Part shown: positions 8,837 through 19,748 of the stretch, piece by piece
Position numbering within the stretch: the stretch's first letter is position 1
How the letters are laid out: the number at the start of each line of letters is the position of its first letter
NCBI GenBank assembly: GCA_004293655.1
Contig: RDZZ01000043.1
Coordinates: 10,235 to 74,234, forward strand
DNA from: Polaromonas sp.
GTDB taxonomy: Bacteria; Pseudomonadota; Gammaproteobacteria; Burkholderiales; Burkholderiaceae_C
Direction: 5' to 3'
Length of the DNA stretch: 64,000 nt
Notes under the pieces: generated by a model
Seen by the model: only the letters and a program-made list of their open reading frames with translations
What the model was told of the DNA's origin: nothing
The model's database searches: none
Program-made: the position numbers and the translations under genes

Positions 8837-9039
8837 CTGTGATGGCAGCGTGCATGGCTTGACGGCATCTGACGACGGTGAAAAAACTTTGATAATGTCG
8901 GGTACTTTTGAATCGTTTCATGGTCTGGCTCACAAGTTATGCCTTTTTGCCAATCGGCTTACAATGACAAATCAGCGTTGCACAGACGCTGCAGGCAAGT
9001 TTTCAACAGCCAGTCGATGAAGTTTAATGAAGGACTTTT

Positions 9040-10239
9040 ATGATCTTTTTTGATGCCGCCTTTGAATGGCTGGCACATGGTTTACTTGCTGCCAGCTGGT
9101 GGCAGATCATTTTGTACACGCTCGTGACGACACACATCACGATTGCCAGTGTGACCATTTATCTGCACCGCCACCAGGCCCACCGTGCCATGGACTTGCA
9201 TGCCATTCCGTCGCATTTTTTCCGCTTCTGGTTGTGGCTCGGCACGGGTCAGGTGACCAAAGAGTGGGTTTCCATTCACCGCAAACACCACGCTAAATGT
9301 GAAACCATGGAAGACCCGCACAGCCCTGTGGCACACGGTATCAAGACCGTGTTGTGGACAGGTGCCGAGCTGTATCGGGCCGAGAGTAAAAACAAAGAAA
9401 CCATGACCAAATTTGGTCATGGCACACCCAATGACTGGATTGAGCGCAACTTGTACACCCGTTACAGCTGGCAAGGTGTGGGTTTGATGATGGTCCTCAA
9501 CCTGGCGTTGTTTGGCGTGGCTGGCTTGGCCGTGTGGGCGATTCAGATGGTTTGGATTCCCGTGACTGCGGCTGGCATCATCAATGGCATCGGCCACTAC
9601 TGGGGCTACCGTAATTTTGAAGCGCCAGATGCCAGCACCAACATTTCACCTTGGGGCATCATGATTGGCGGTGAAGAGCTGCACAACAATCACCACACTT
9701 ACCCGACATCAGCGAAGTTTTCAGTCAAGCCTTATGAATTCGATATTGGTTGGGTTTATATCCGCGCGCTTGAAAAAATTGGAATGGCCACGGTCAAGAA
9801 AGTGCCGCCCAAGCTTCAGCTCGGTGCAGTCCAGCCAGTGGCTAACGAGAAAACCCTTGAGGCCCTGATTGCGCACCGTTATGAAGTCATGGCGAGTTTT
9901 GCACGTGAGTTGCGCCGCGCTGGCAAAGCGGAAATTGAAGTCTTAAAAGCCAGGAATGCAGACATATCGGTGCTGCGTTCTGCCAATCGCTGGCTGCATC
10001 GCGATGATGACAAGGTTCCCATGGAGGCACGGCCTCAAATAGCACAAGTCAGAGCCGAGCATCCTGTGCTGGACAAAATGGTCACCATGCGCGAAGAGTT
10101 GAGACAGATGTGGTTGACAACAAGTGCTTCACGTGAACAGTTGGCTGTTGACTTACAGGGCTGGTGCAATCGCGCAGAAGAAAGCGGCATTGCAGCATTG
10201 CGCGAATTTTCATTAAAACTCCGCGCAGCTCGTGCCTGA
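9040..10239 (+). CDS. desA: DesA-type acyl-lipid/acyl-CoA delta-9 fatty acid desaturase
   Basis: His boxes HRHQAH, HRKHH, HNNHH with TM segments. Confidence 0.9.
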   Translation: MIFFDAAFEWLAHGLLAASWWQIILYTLVTTHITIASVTIYLHRHQAHRAMDLHAIPSHFFRFWLWLGTGQVTKEWVSIHRKHHAKCETMEDPHSPVAHGIKTVLWTGAELYRAESKNKETMTKFGHGTPNDWIERNLYTRYSWQGVGLMMVLNLALFGVAGLAVWAIQMVWIPVTAAGIINGIGHYWGYRNFEAPDASTNISPWGIMIGGEELHNNHHTYPTSAKFSVKPYEFDIGWVYIRALEKIGMATVKKVPPKLQLGAVQPVANEKTLEALIAHRYEVMASFARELRRAGKAEIEVLKARNADISVLRSANRWLHRDDDKVPMEARPQIAQVRAEHPVLDKMVTMREELRQMWLTTSASREQLAVDLQGWCNRAEESGIAALREFSLKLRAARA

Positions 10240-10320
10240 TGTTAACTGCTCAGCCTAGGTTTTCTGTTTGGTGACCAGAAGTGTGAATCGTTCAGATTTT
10301 TAAAACCCGATCCAATTTGA

Positions 10321-10355
10321 GCTGCCTTGCAGAATTTTCTCAAGGCGGCTTTTTT
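10321..10355 (+). terminator. Rho-independent terminator downstream of desA
   Basis: gctgccttg-loop-caaggcggc followed by T6. Confidence 0.7.
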
Positions 10356-10383
10356 GTGCATAACTATGATATTCGGTGAACGT

Positions 10384-10421
10384 AAAAAAGCCCGCTGAGC
10401 ACCAATGTACTGCGGGCTTTT
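10384..10421 (-). terminator. Rho-independent (likely bidirectional) terminator downstream of rpmG
   Basis: A6-gcccgc...gcgggc-T4. Confidence 0.7.
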
Positions 10422-10458
10422 GACAATTGCCGTTAACAACTGTGGAAAGGGGTCTGAG

Positions 10459-10626
10459 TTATTTCAGTTTGATCTCTTTGTACTCCACATGCTTGCGTGC
10501 TTTTGGATCAAACTTCGTGATCAGCATTTTTTCAGGTGTAGTTTTCTTATTTTTGGTAGTCGTGTAGAAGTGACCTGTACCGGCAGTTGATTCCAACTTG
10601 ATTTTTTCGCGTGCGCCTTTTGCCAT
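10459..10626 (-). CDS. rpmG: 50S ribosomal protein L33 (below the ORF-track size cut-off)
   Basis: Manual translation [55 protein letters not shown]; aaggag RBS; follows rpmB. Confidence 0.97.
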   Translation of the reverse strand: MAKGAREKIKLESTAGTGHFYTTTKNKKTTPEKMLITKFDPKARKHVEYKEIKLK

Positions 10627-10637
10627 GTTGTGTCTCC

Positions 10638-10871
10638 TTAAACTTCACCACGGGCACGAAGGTCTGTCAAGATCGCATCAATACCTTTTTTATCAACCAG
10701 ACGCAGGCCGGCCGTTGTCAGGCGCAAACGTACCCAGCGGTTTTCGGTTTCAACCCAAAAACGGCGGTACTGCAGGTTAGGCATGAACCGACGCTTGGTT
10801 TTGTTGTTTGCGTGGGAAACATTGTTTCCCACCATCGGGCCTTTGCCCGTTACCTGACAGACGCGTGCCAT
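10638..10871 (-). CDS. rpmB: 50S ribosomal protein L28
   Basis: [29 protein letters not shown]. Confidence 0.98.
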   Translation of the reverse strand: MARVCQVTGKGPMVGNNVSHANNKTKRRFMPNLQYRRFWVETENRWVRLRLTTAGLRLVDKKGIDAILTDLRARGEV

Positions 10872-11026
10872 GCGCACTCTCCGTAAAAAATAAGAAATCG
10901 GATGCCAACACCATTGTGGGTGAAAAGCTTAGCCTAGCATTATAACCTGAAAAATATCAGCGACCAGGTATGCCTGTGCTGCTTGACTCAAGCGCAGGCA
11001 CTCTCCAGTGAATGTACTGGTTAATG

Positions 11027-12004
<978 letters not shown>

Positions 12005-12197
12005 TCAATTAGAGTTTGTGGCATCCATTGCTGGACAATTGGGGTTCTGGTGGCTGGCTGTGTTTTTGATTGTGTTGCAGTCGGTAAGGCGCGGTGCGTG
12101 GTCAATGCACGGTCAGTGCGTGATATGTTCTGCTTGCCCTGCCTGGATTGTAAATATTCAACGACGCGCCACCGAATGCGATGAAGAGGAAAAATAC

Positions 12198-12872
12198 ATG
12201 CCCACGATAGTCTCCAATCTTGAACTTCTTCGCCGGGTGCCGCTCTTCTCGACGCTCACGCAAGCTCAGGCAGAAGCCATTTCCAGCTCTGTCATCAAGT
12301 CCCGCCTCAAGCGGGGTGAGTCGATCGTTGAGCAGGGTAAAAAGTCCAATTCATTGTCTATCATCCTGACAGGCCGCGCCCGTGTCATGGCTACTGATGC
12401 GCGAGGACGGGAAGTGATTCTAGCGACCCTGCACCCTGGCGACTATATTGGCGAGATGAGCCTGATTGACAACGAACCTCACTCCGCTGCTGTGTACGCA
12501 GAGATACAAACTGATGTGCTGGTGCTTGGGCGGGCGGCGTTTGCAAAGTGCATGTCCGAGAACTCTTCGATGGCTTATGCCGTCATGAAAGGGCTGGTCA
12601 AACGCTTGCGCCACGCCAACAGCAACATCGAATCGCTGGCATTGATGGATGTCTATGGCCGCGTCGCCAAGGCCCTGTTGGAGTTTTCGGTGCCCGACGC
12701 TTCGGGTAATGCGGTCATCCGTGGCAAGGTATCCCGGCAGGATCTGGCCAAAATGGTAGGTGCTTCCCGCGAGATGGTCAGCCGTGTCATGAAAGACCTC
12801 GAAGACCGCGGCTTCATCGAAATTCGGGCGGACGGCTCAATGTCAGTGAATGCGCATTCAAACGTGTTGTAA
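12198..12872 (+). CDS. Crp/Fnr family transcriptional regulator
   Basis: cNMP-binding domain (IGEMSLID.EPHSA) and HTH (SRQDLAKMVGASREMVSR); gagga RBS before ATG 12198. Confidence 0.93.
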   Translation: MPTIVSNLELLRRVPLFSTLTQAQAEAISSSVIKSRLKRGESIVEQGKKSNSLSIILTGRARVMATDARGREVILATLHPGDYIGEMSLIDNEPHSAAVYAEIQTDVLVLGRAAFAKCMSENSSMAYAVMKGLVKRLRHANSNIESLALMDVYGRVAKALLEFSVPDASGNAVIRGKVSRQDLAKMVGASREMVSRVMKDLEDRGFIEIRADGSMSVNAHSNVL

Positions 12873-12972
12873 CAAGCTTATCTGAATGCCGCGCCGTGCA
12901 TGACCACTGGGCAAGCAGTCATGCAGAGGGCCCTGAAGGCTGCTCAACTGCGTTAAGCTGTCGCGCAAATCT

Positions 12973-15318
12973 ATGACTTATTCACTCGATACCCTGAACT
13001 CCCGCAACCCCCAGGCAGGCGATGTGCCTGGCGGAGTCAAACGGTTTGCCCATGAAATGGCCTTGATTCTGGGGCTGATCGGTCTGGTCTTTTGGCTGGC
13101 CGCACTGTTGAGCTATTCCCAGCAAGATGCTGCCTGGTCAACTTCTGGCACCTTGAACGCGGCTGCCACAGCAAGGAACTGGGGTGGCCGTGCGGGTGCC
13201 TGGCTTGCCGATGCCAGTTATTTCCTGTTCGGGTTTTCCGTCTGGTGGATGTTGGCTGCAGGCGTGCGCGTGTGGCTGGTGTCCCTGGCCCGCTGGATGC
13301 GCGGCCAATCGCCAGCAAACACTGTGCCTTGCCTGTCAGGCCGACTCCTGTTCTGGGTGTGTCTGCTGCTCTTGTTGGTGGCCAGCAGTGGCCTGGAATG
13401 GTCGCGTTTGTACCGGTTTGAGTCCCGTTTGCCTGACCATGCTGGCGGCGCTCTTGGCTTTGTGGTGGGCACTGCTGGCATAAAGTGGCTGGGCTTTGCA
13501 GGCTCTGGGCTGGTGTTGATCACGCTTGGCGTGATCACGGTTGCCTGTGTGTTCGGGTTTTCGTGGGCAAACACAGCCCAAAGCGTGGGCGAGTCGATCG
13601 CTAACTTGCTGGACGCCAGGCGTGAAAAGCGTGAAGTCGCACAAGACCAGGCCGCTGGCAAGCGCGCTGCCCGCGAGCGCGAAAAAACACGGGTCGAAGA
13701 GCGCTTTGAGATGGACGAGCACCACCCGGTGCCTGTCGTCATAGAGCCGATGATCGCTGGCACCGCCAAAAACGAGCGTGGCCCCAACAAGACACGGCAA
13801 AAACCGCTGCTCGCCAACGCACCTGGGGCCAAGCTCCCATCGCTTGATCTGCTCGACGCTGCATTGCCGCGCCAGGAAAGCGTAGAGCCTGAAACGCTGG
13901 AGATGACGTCTCGGTTGATTGAGAAAAAACTCAAGGATTTTGGTGTCGATGTTCGTGTGGTGGCCGCAGCACCTGGCCCGGTGATTACCCGCTATGAGAT
14001 TGAGCCGGCCATCGGCGTCAAGGGCTCGCAGGTGGTGAATCTGGCCAAAGACCTGGCGCGCGCGTTAAGCCTGGTGTCCATCCGCGTGATTGAGACCATT
14101 CCCGGCAAAAACTTCATGGCGCTGGAGCTGCCCAACGCCAAACGCCAGTCCATTCGCCTGAGCGAGATTTTGGGCTCACAGGTCTATGACGAAGCGGCAT
14201 CACTGCTGACGATTGCGCTGGGCAAAGACATCGGTGGTCAGGCGGTGGTGGCTGACTTGGCCAAAATGCCACATTGCCTGGTGGCGGGTACCACCGGTTC
14301 GGGCAAGTCGGTTGGCATCAACGCCATGATTCTGAGCCTGCTTTACAAGGCCGATGCGCGTGATGTGCGCTTGCTGCTGATTGACCCAAAAATGCTTGAA
14401 ATGAGCGTGTACGAAGGCATTGCCCATTTGTTATGCCCAGTGGTGACTGACATGAACAAGGCTGCACATGGCCTGGCCTGGTGCGTCGCCGAGATGGAAA
14501 GGCGCTACAAGCGCATGAGTCAACTTGGTGTGCGCAATCTGGCAGGCTACAACGCCAAAATTGACGAGGCCCGGGCCAGAGGCGAGTCTGTGGGTGAGGC
14601 GTTTAACCTGGCACCTGAGCAGCCCGAACCGCTAGAGCGCCTGCCATATATTGTGGTGGTGATTGATGAGCTGGCTGACCTGATGGTGGTAGCCGGCAAA
14701 AAGGTCGAAGAGCTGATTGCACGCCTGGCCCAAAAAGCCCGCGCCGCCGGCATTCATCTGGTACTGGCAACACAGCGCCCCAGTGTGGACGTGATCACCG
14801 GCCTGATCAAAGCCAACATTCCGACACGCTTGTCTTTTCAGGTCTCCAGCAAAATTGACAGCCGCACCATTCTTGACCAGATGGGTGCCGAGGCATTGCT
14901 GGGTATGGGCGACATGCTGTACATGCCCAGTGGAACGGGCTACCCGGTGCGGGTGCATGGTGCCTTTGTGAGTGACGAGGAAGTCCACCGCGTGGTGGCT
15001 TATCTGAAGGCACAGAGTGGGCCCAATTACATCGACGGCGTGCTCGACGACGACAGCACTGAAGGCGAAGGCGGTAGTCTAGAAGATGACTTGCGCACCC
15101 CGGCGCGCAAGAGCGATAAAAAAGACCCACTGTACGAGCAGGCCGTTGAAATCGTTCTCAAAAACCGTAAGGCTTCGAGTGCATTGCTGTTGCGGCACTT
15201 GAAAATTGGCTACAACCGCTCCGCCCGCCTGCTTGAAGACATGGAAAAAGCCGGGCTGGTTGGCGCTGTGTCAAGCGTTGGCCAGCGCGATGTTCTGGTG
15301 CCCGAACGGGCTCAATGA
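12973..15318 (+). CDS. ftsK: DNA translocase FtsK
   Basis: N-terminal TMs, [37 protein letters not shown], gamma domain IGYNR. Confidence 0.97.
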   Translation: MTYSLDTLNSRNPQAGDVPGGVKRFAHEMALILGLIGLVFWLAALLSYSQQDAAWSTSGTLNAAATARNWGGRAGAWLADASYFLFGFSVWWMLAAGVRVWLVSLARWMRGQSPANTVPCLSGRLLFWVCLLLLLVASSGLEWSRLYRFESRLPDHAGGALGFVVGTAGIKWLGFAGSGLVLITLGVITVACVFGFSWANTAQSVGESIANLLDARREKREVAQDQAAGKRAAREREKTRVEERFEMDEHHPVPVVIEPMIAGTAKNERGPNKTRQKPLLANAPGAKLPSLDLLDAALPRQESVEPETLEMTSRLIEKKLKDFGVDVRVVAAAPGPVITRYEIEPAIGVKGSQVVNLAKDLARALSLVSIRVIETIPGKNFMALELPNAKRQSIRLSEILGSQVYDEAASLLTIALGKDIGGQAVVADLAKMPHCLVAGTTGSGKSVGINAMILSLLYKADARDVRLLLIDPKMLEMSVYEGIAHLLCPVVTDMNKAAHGLAWCVAEMERRYKRMSQLGVRNLAGYNAKIDEARARGESVGEAFNLAPEQPEPLERLPYIVVVIDELADLMVVAGKKVEELIARLAQKARAAGIHLVLATQRPSVDVITGLIKANIPTRLSFQVSSKIDSRTILDQMGAEALLGMGDMLYMPSGTGYPVRVHGAFVSDEEVHRVVAYLKAQSGPNYIDGVLDDDSTEGEGGSLEDDLRTPARKSDKKDPLYEQAVEIVLKNRKASSALLLRHLKIGYNRSARLLEDMEKAGLVGAVSSVGQRDVLVPERAQ

Positions 15319-15357
15319 CGACAAGGTTTGCCAACGCCAGCCCTCACACTTCAACCC

Positions 15358-16074
15358 ATGATGACCATGACTTCCCCCAAACCCCGAGCGGTATCCACAC
15401 GATCATGGACTTCCAGATGTCGCCGGGGGCTGGCATTTGCGGCCATCGCTATGATTTCAATAGCTGCTGGTGCCCAGGAAACAAGCGCTAGCGGCCTAAA
15501 TGGCTTGAAAATTCTGGAGGATTTCGTCAAGAACACCAAAAGTGGCCGTGCCATCTTCACACAGGTGGTGACCAGTCCGGCCAAAGAAGGCCAGGTGGCA
15601 AAGACCAAGACGTCCAGCGGCTCGTTTGAGTTTTTGCGCCCCAACCGGTTTAAGTTCCTGTACAAAAAACCGTTTGAGCAAAGCATCGTCGCAGATGGGC
15701 AAACGCTGTGGCTGCACGACGTGGACTTGAACCAGGTCACATCGCGCCCGCTCGCGCAAACCCTCAATGGCACGCCGGCTGCCGTGATTGCCGCAGCGGC
15801 AGACCTCAAAGGTCTGGAGGCTGACTTCAAGCTCACGGCCCTGCCTGAAAAAGCAGGCCTGCAGTGGGTGCAAGCCACCCCCAGAACCAAAGACGGGCAA
15901 CTGCAGAGCATCAGTGTGGGTTTTAAAGCCAGCGAGCTGGCCGCGCTGGAGATTCTGGACAGCTTTGGCCAGCGTTCTGTGATGACTTTTAGCCAGTTCG
16001 AGGTCAATCCTGTCTTGGCGGCAGCGAGCTTTCAGTTCAGGCCGCCGGTGGGCAGTGACATCACGAGACCATAG
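15358..16074 (+). CDS. lolA: Outer-membrane lipoprotein chaperone LolA
   Basis: FTQ...SG.F.F.RPNRF...Y.KP.EQ.IVADG.TLW..D.DL.QVT; follows ftsK; start uncertain. Confidence 0.93.
   Translation: MMTMTSPKPRAVSTRSWTSRCRRGLAFAAIAMISIAAGAQETSASGLNGLKILEDFVKNTKSGRAIFTQVVTSPAKEGQVAKTKTSSGSFEFLRPNRFKFLYKKPFEQSIVADGQTLWLHDVDLNQVTSRPLAQTLNGTPAAVIAAAADLKGLEADFKLTALPEKAGLQWVQATPRTKDGQLQSISVGFKASELAALEILDSFGQRSVMTFSQFEVNPVLAAASFQFRPPVGSDITRP
15448..15511 (+). repeat. GCT-N11-AGC dispersed repeat, in frame inside the lolA signal-peptide region
   Basis: gctatgatttcaatagc-tgctggtgcccaggaaacaagcgctagcggcctaaatggcttgaaaa; aligns with the intergenic copy at 31556 (17-mer, then gcgctag..c.taaa at similar spacing). 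Confidence 0.65.
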
Positions 16075-16086
16075 CATTTCGCGGCA

Positions 16087-16399
16087 ATTGTTCGGCCTGG
16101 TAAGCCACAGCAGAGTGCTCATGTTGGACGGTTCAACAGAACAGTTCGCCATGAGTGGCCATCTCATTGCATTTCCACATCAAGACGATATGTTGTTGCT
16201 TCGCCTTGGCCGTTAAAGCACTGTCTGCGGTTTCGCGCCTCATCTCCTATGGATCTGAAAACGGAATCAGTATTACTGGTCCAGCATTGAAGAAGTTCAG
16301 GATTTCGCCGCTCAATCGATGTAGTCCCACGACCACGACTGCCCGAACCTGGCCTTGGGTGGTGTCACCCCAAAGCAGCATCTGGCCAGGGCTGCGTAA
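16087..16399 (+). pseudogene. Relic of an IS3-family transposase C-terminus, interrupted by a ~100-bp insert and an in-frame stop
   Basis: Manual translation IVRPGKPQQSAHVGRFNRTVRHEW (from 16087), then QYYWSSIEEVQDFAAQSM*SHDHDCPNLALGGVTPKQHLARAA* (to 16399); resembles the IS3 OrfB pattern PGKPQQNAYVERFNRTVRYEWL.QY...YNH.RPN.ALGG.TP. Confidence 0.8.
16162..16273. repeat. MITE/REP-like element nested in the IS3 relic
   Basis: Imperfect inverted ends (ctcattgcatttccacatc ... gatctgaaaacggaatcag); left part matches 49518-49559 at about 34 of 40 nt by manual alignment. Confidence 0.65.
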
Positions 16400-16542
16400 C
16401 TGCGCTGCTTTCAGGCTCAGTGAAAATTGGTGGAGTGAGCGTGTCATTTCGGTTTTTTAAACCCAACACGCTTGCCCCGCATAGCGTCGGCTTCTCGAAA
16501 ATAAGGCCAGTCGCTGACCCGGAATCGCTCCGTACCGACCCA

Positions 16543-17355
16543 CTAGGCTGTCAGTTTTTCGACATGGGCCTGACGTGTGTAGAGGAAGTCGATCACGGCT
16601 TTGCGATAGTGTCCATACTGCGTGCTTTCTGCCAGTGCCACTCGGTTTCGCGGGCGGGCCAGCTCAATACTGAGAACTTCACCGATGGTGGCAGAGGGGC
16701 CATTGGTCATCATGACGATCTTGTCACTCAGCAGCACGGCCTCATCAACATCGTGCGTGACCATCACCACTGTGCTCTGGGTATTGGCCACAATTTGCAG
16801 CAGCTCATCTTGCAGTTTGGCCCGCGTCAGAGCGTCGAGCGCGCCGAAGGGCTCATCGAGCAGCAGCACTTTTGGCTCCATCGACAACGCACGGGCAATG
16901 CCTACGCGCTGCTTCATGCCACCCGATATCTCACCAGGGCGTTTTTGCGCTGCAGCGCTCAAGCCGACCATGGCCAGCACCGCATCGGTGCGCGCCTTGA
17001 GCTGAGATCTGTTCTCACGGGCTGAGAAGACGCGTTCGACGGCCAGATAGACATTTTCAAAGCAGGTGAGCCACGGCAGTAGCGAGTGGTTTTGAAACAC
17101 CACAGCGCGCTCGGGGCCCGGACCCGAAATCTCACGATTCGCACACAATAAACTGCCTTCTGTGGGTGTGCTCAAGCCAGCAATCAGGTTGAGCAACGTA
17201 GATTTGCCGCAGCCTGAGTGGCCAATCAATGCCACAAACTCACCCTTTGCAACGGTGAGGTTGATGTTCTTGAGCGCACAAAATGGGCCTTTTTTGGTTT
17301 TGAAGGTTTGCTCGACACCTTGGATTTCAATGTACTTTGTACTCAAGGAATTCAT
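16543..17355 (-). CDS. nasD: Nitrate/nitrite ABC transporter ATP-binding subunit
   Basis: GHSGCGKST, VVFQNHSLLPWLT, ISGGMKQRVGIARAL, MMTNGPSATIGE. Confidence 0.93.
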   Translation of the reverse strand: MNSLSTKYIEIQGVEQTFKTKKGPFCALKNINLTVAKGEFVALIGHSGCGKSTLLNLIAGLSTPTEGSLLCANREISGPGPERAVVFQNHSLLPWLTCFENVYLAVERVFSARENRSQLKARTDAVLAMVGLSAAAQKRPGEISGGMKQRVGIARALSMEPKVLLLDEPFGALDALTRAKLQDELLQIVANTQSTVVMVTHDVDEAVLLSDKIVMMTNGPSATIGEVLSIELARPRNRVALAESTQYGHYRKAVIDFLYTRQAHVEKLTA

Positions 17356-18302
17356 GACTTCACCTCTTCAAAAGTAAATGCTGTAGCCAGTTTGATCAGC
17401 ATGTATTCCAGCACCAAGCCCACAATGCCGATGACAAAAATTGCAATGATGATATTTTTGACATTCAGGTTGTTCCACTCATCCCAGACCCAAAAACCGA
17501 TACCAACACCGCCTGTGAGCATTTCGGCAGCCACAATCACCAGCCACGCCGTACCGACTGCCAAACGCACACCCGTCAACATGTACGGCAGCACAGCAGG
17601 AAACAGGATTTTCGTGAGGATTTTCCACTCGCTCAGGTTCAGCACCCGCGCCACGTTCATGTAGTCTTGTGGCACGCGCTGCACGCCCACCGCAGTGTTG
17701 ATGATCATGGGCCAGATGGAACAAATAAAAATCGTCCAGATGGCCGCCGGATTGGCACCTTTGAACACCAGCAAGCCAATCGGTAGCCACGCCAGAGGCG
17801 ACACCGGTCTGAGCAGACTGATGAGCGGGTTGAACATGCTGCTTAAAAATTTGAAACGCCCGATCATGAAGCCCACTGGAATACCAACAATTGCAGCCAA
17901 GCCAAAGCCTATGGCAACACGCTTGAGAGATGACAAGATATTCCAGCCGATGCCCTGATCGTTCGGGCCTTTGCTGTAGAACGGATCGCTGAATATCGTC
18001 ACCGCCTGGGTAAAGGTAGCAGCTGGCGATGGGATGCTCCCTTTGCTGGTGATGGAGACTGCCATCCACAGCAACACCAGCAGTACAAAGCCTAAAACTG
18101 GCGGCATGATGCCCATCCACAAAAATGACAGGTCGCGCGATGGCCTAGATGGCGCTGCGAGCAATGCAGGTGCTGCTGTTTCGGTTTTTAGCATATCGTT
18201 TGAGGCCGTAGCGCTTTGTTTGACTGGGTTCAATGCTCCTGAATGTGTAGCGATTGGCATACTTTCAGCAGGATGAATTTCGTGGAAAACAGCAGCGACC
18301 AT
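17352..18302 (-). CDS. nasE: Nitrate ABC transporter permease (NrtB/NasE)
   Basis: DPFYSKGPNDQGIGW, LRPVSPLAWLPIGL, WLVIVAAEML; aaggag RBS before ATG 18302. Confidence 0.93.
   Translation of the reverse strand: MVAAVFHEIHPAESMPIATHSGALNPVKQSATASNDMLKTETAAPALLAAPSRPSRDLSFLWMGIMPPVLGFVLLVLLWMAVSITSKGSIPSPAATFTQAVTIFSDPFYSKGPNDQGIGWNILSSLKRVAIGFGLAAIVGIPVGFMIGRFKFLSSMFNPLISLLRPVSPLAWLPIGLLVFKGANPAAIWTIFICSIWPMIINTAVGVQRVPQDYMNVARVLNLSEWKILTKILFPAVLPYMLTGVRLAVGTAWLVIVAAEMLTGGVGIGFWVWDEWNNLNVKNIIIAIFVIGIVGLVLEYMLIKLATAFTFEEVKS
18190..18251 (-). repeat. GCT-N11-AGC dispersed repeat, in frame inside the nasE N-terminal extension
   Basis: Minus strand gctacacattcaggagc-attgaacccagtcaaacaaagcgctacggcctcaaacgatatgct; same architecture as the lolA copy. 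Confidence 0.6.
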
Positions 18303-18355
18303 GGCATGCTCCTTGACATAAGGTGATTGAGTGAGGTGATCAAAGTAGAAACGAA

Positions 18356-19612
18356 TCAAGCCTTGACTTTGAAGCTGTCGGCATACTTGGCCGGGTCTTT
18401 ACCGTCCCAGACGACGCCGTCCGTCAGTTTGCTTGAGCGCATCACGTCTTTGGGCACAGCAACCTTGGCAGCTGCAGCGGCCTGTTTGTAGATGTCGATC
18501 TGGTTGATCTGCTTGGCCATCGCGAGGTAGTCCACATGCTCTTTGACCAAACCCCAGCGTTTGTGCTGCGTCAAAAACCACATGCCATCTGACAGATAAG
18601 GGAAATTCACGGCGCCATCACCCGAAAACTTCATGAAGTTCGGGTCATCCCAGGTTTTGCCCATGCCGTTTTGGTAGCGCCCCAAAATGCGCTGGTTGAT
18701 GGCATCAACACTGGTGTTGACATAGCTCTTGTCAGCGATGGTCTCTGCCATTTTGGTCTTGTTGCTCAAGCTGGCGTCAATCCATTTGCCAGCTTCAAGA
18801 ATGGCTGCTGTCACAGCACGTGCAGTGTTGGGATTTTTCTTGACGAACTCGGCCGTGGTGCCGAGCACTTTTTCAGGGTGGTCTTTCCAGATGTCCTGGG
18901 TGGTGATGGCTGTCACGCCGATGCCGTCAATGATGGCGCGGTGGTTCCACGGCTCCCCCACACAAAATCCGTCCATGTTGCCCACGCGCATGTTGGCCAC
19001 CATTTGCGGGGGCGGCACGGTAATGACTTTGGCATCTTTGATGGGGTTGATGCCGTTGGCCGCCATCCAGTAGTACAACCACATCGCGTGGGTACCTGTA
19101 GGGAAAGTTTGCGCAAATGTGTATTCGCGTTTTTCTTTGGCCATTAATTTGGCCAGGCTTGGGCCATCTACAGCACCCTGGTCTGCCAGCTTTTTGCTTA
19201 AAGTGATGGCCTGACCGTTGTGGTTGAGGGTCATCATCACAGCCATGTCTTTTTTCGGACCGGCTGTGCCTGCATGCACGCCATAGACCAAGCCGTAGAG
19301 CGCATGGGCAAAGTCCAGCTCGCCACTGACCAGTTTGTCGCGCACGCCGGCCCAGCTGGCTTCCTTGCTGGGAATGATGGTGACGCCATACTTCTTGTCA
19401 AAACCCAGTACCGAGGCCATCACTACCGAGGCGCAGTCGGTCAAAGGGATAAAGCCAATCTTGACTTCTTTTTTCTCGGGTGCATCTGAGCCAGCAGCCC
19501 ATGCACCGCCGGAGCCTGCACTGCTCAGCAGTGTCGCGGCGCTCACAGCCCCTGCTTTTTTGAGAAAATCGCGTCGCGCTGGTGCCCTTGGGCCAGAAGA
19601 CGGTAGCAGCAT
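18356..19612 (-). CDS. nasF: Nitrate ABC transporter substrate-binding protein (NrtA/NasF/CmpA family), Tat signal
   Basis: RRDFLK twin-arginine; IGFIPLTDCA, QTFPTGTHAMWLYYW, DGFCVGEPWN; aaggag RBS. Confidence 0.93.
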   Translation of the reverse strand: MLLPSSGPRAPARRDFLKKAGAVSAATLLSSAGSGGAWAAGSDAPEKKEVKIGFIPLTDCASVVMASVLGFDKKYGVTIIPSKEASWAGVRDKLVSGELDFAHALYGLVYGVHAGTAGPKKDMAVMMTLNHNGQAITLSKKLADQGAVDGPSLAKLMAKEKREYTFAQTFPTGTHAMWLYYWMAANGINPIKDAKVITVPPPQMVANMRVGNMDGFCVGEPWNHRAIIDGIGVTAITTQDIWKDHPEKVLGTTAEFVKKNPNTARAVTAAILEAGKWIDASLSNKTKMAETIADKSYVNTSVDAINQRILGRYQNGMGKTWDDPNFMKFSGDGAVNFPYLSDGMWFLTQHKRWGLVKEHVDYLAMAKQINQIDIYKQAAAAAKVAVPKDVMRSSKLTDGVVWDGKDPAKYADSFKVKA

Positions 19613-19654
19613 GTTCAACTCCTTATAAAACAAGTGAGAAAAAATCAACCTAAA

Positions 19655-19748
19655 ACTGAAAGCAAAACGGCGCCCATCTTTTACCTGCTCAGAAGCAGTA
19701 AGAGACGGACGCCGTTGTCCAGAAAATTTCGAAAAACTCGCCGTTGAA
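19655..19748 (-). promoter_or_regulatory. ANTAR (NasR) dual-hairpin leader with overlapping intrinsic terminator
   Basis: Minus strand: ttc-AACGGC-gag (19737-19748) and ggac-AACGGC-gtcc (19707-19720) hexaloops with A1/G4; the second hairpin overlaps a terminator stem aacggcgtccgtct...agatgggcgccgtt followed by a U-rich tail. Confidence 0.88.

Noticed and set aside
9800-10239. Helical C-terminal extension of the desaturase, sometimes labelled transposase-like
   Set aside because: It is a normal part of proteobacterial DesA proteins; there is no DDE motif or inverted repeats
16155-16460. 101-aa plus-strand and 66-aa minus-strand ORFs between lolA and nasD
   Set aside because: They are off-frame or antisense readings of the IS3 relic and its nested repeat
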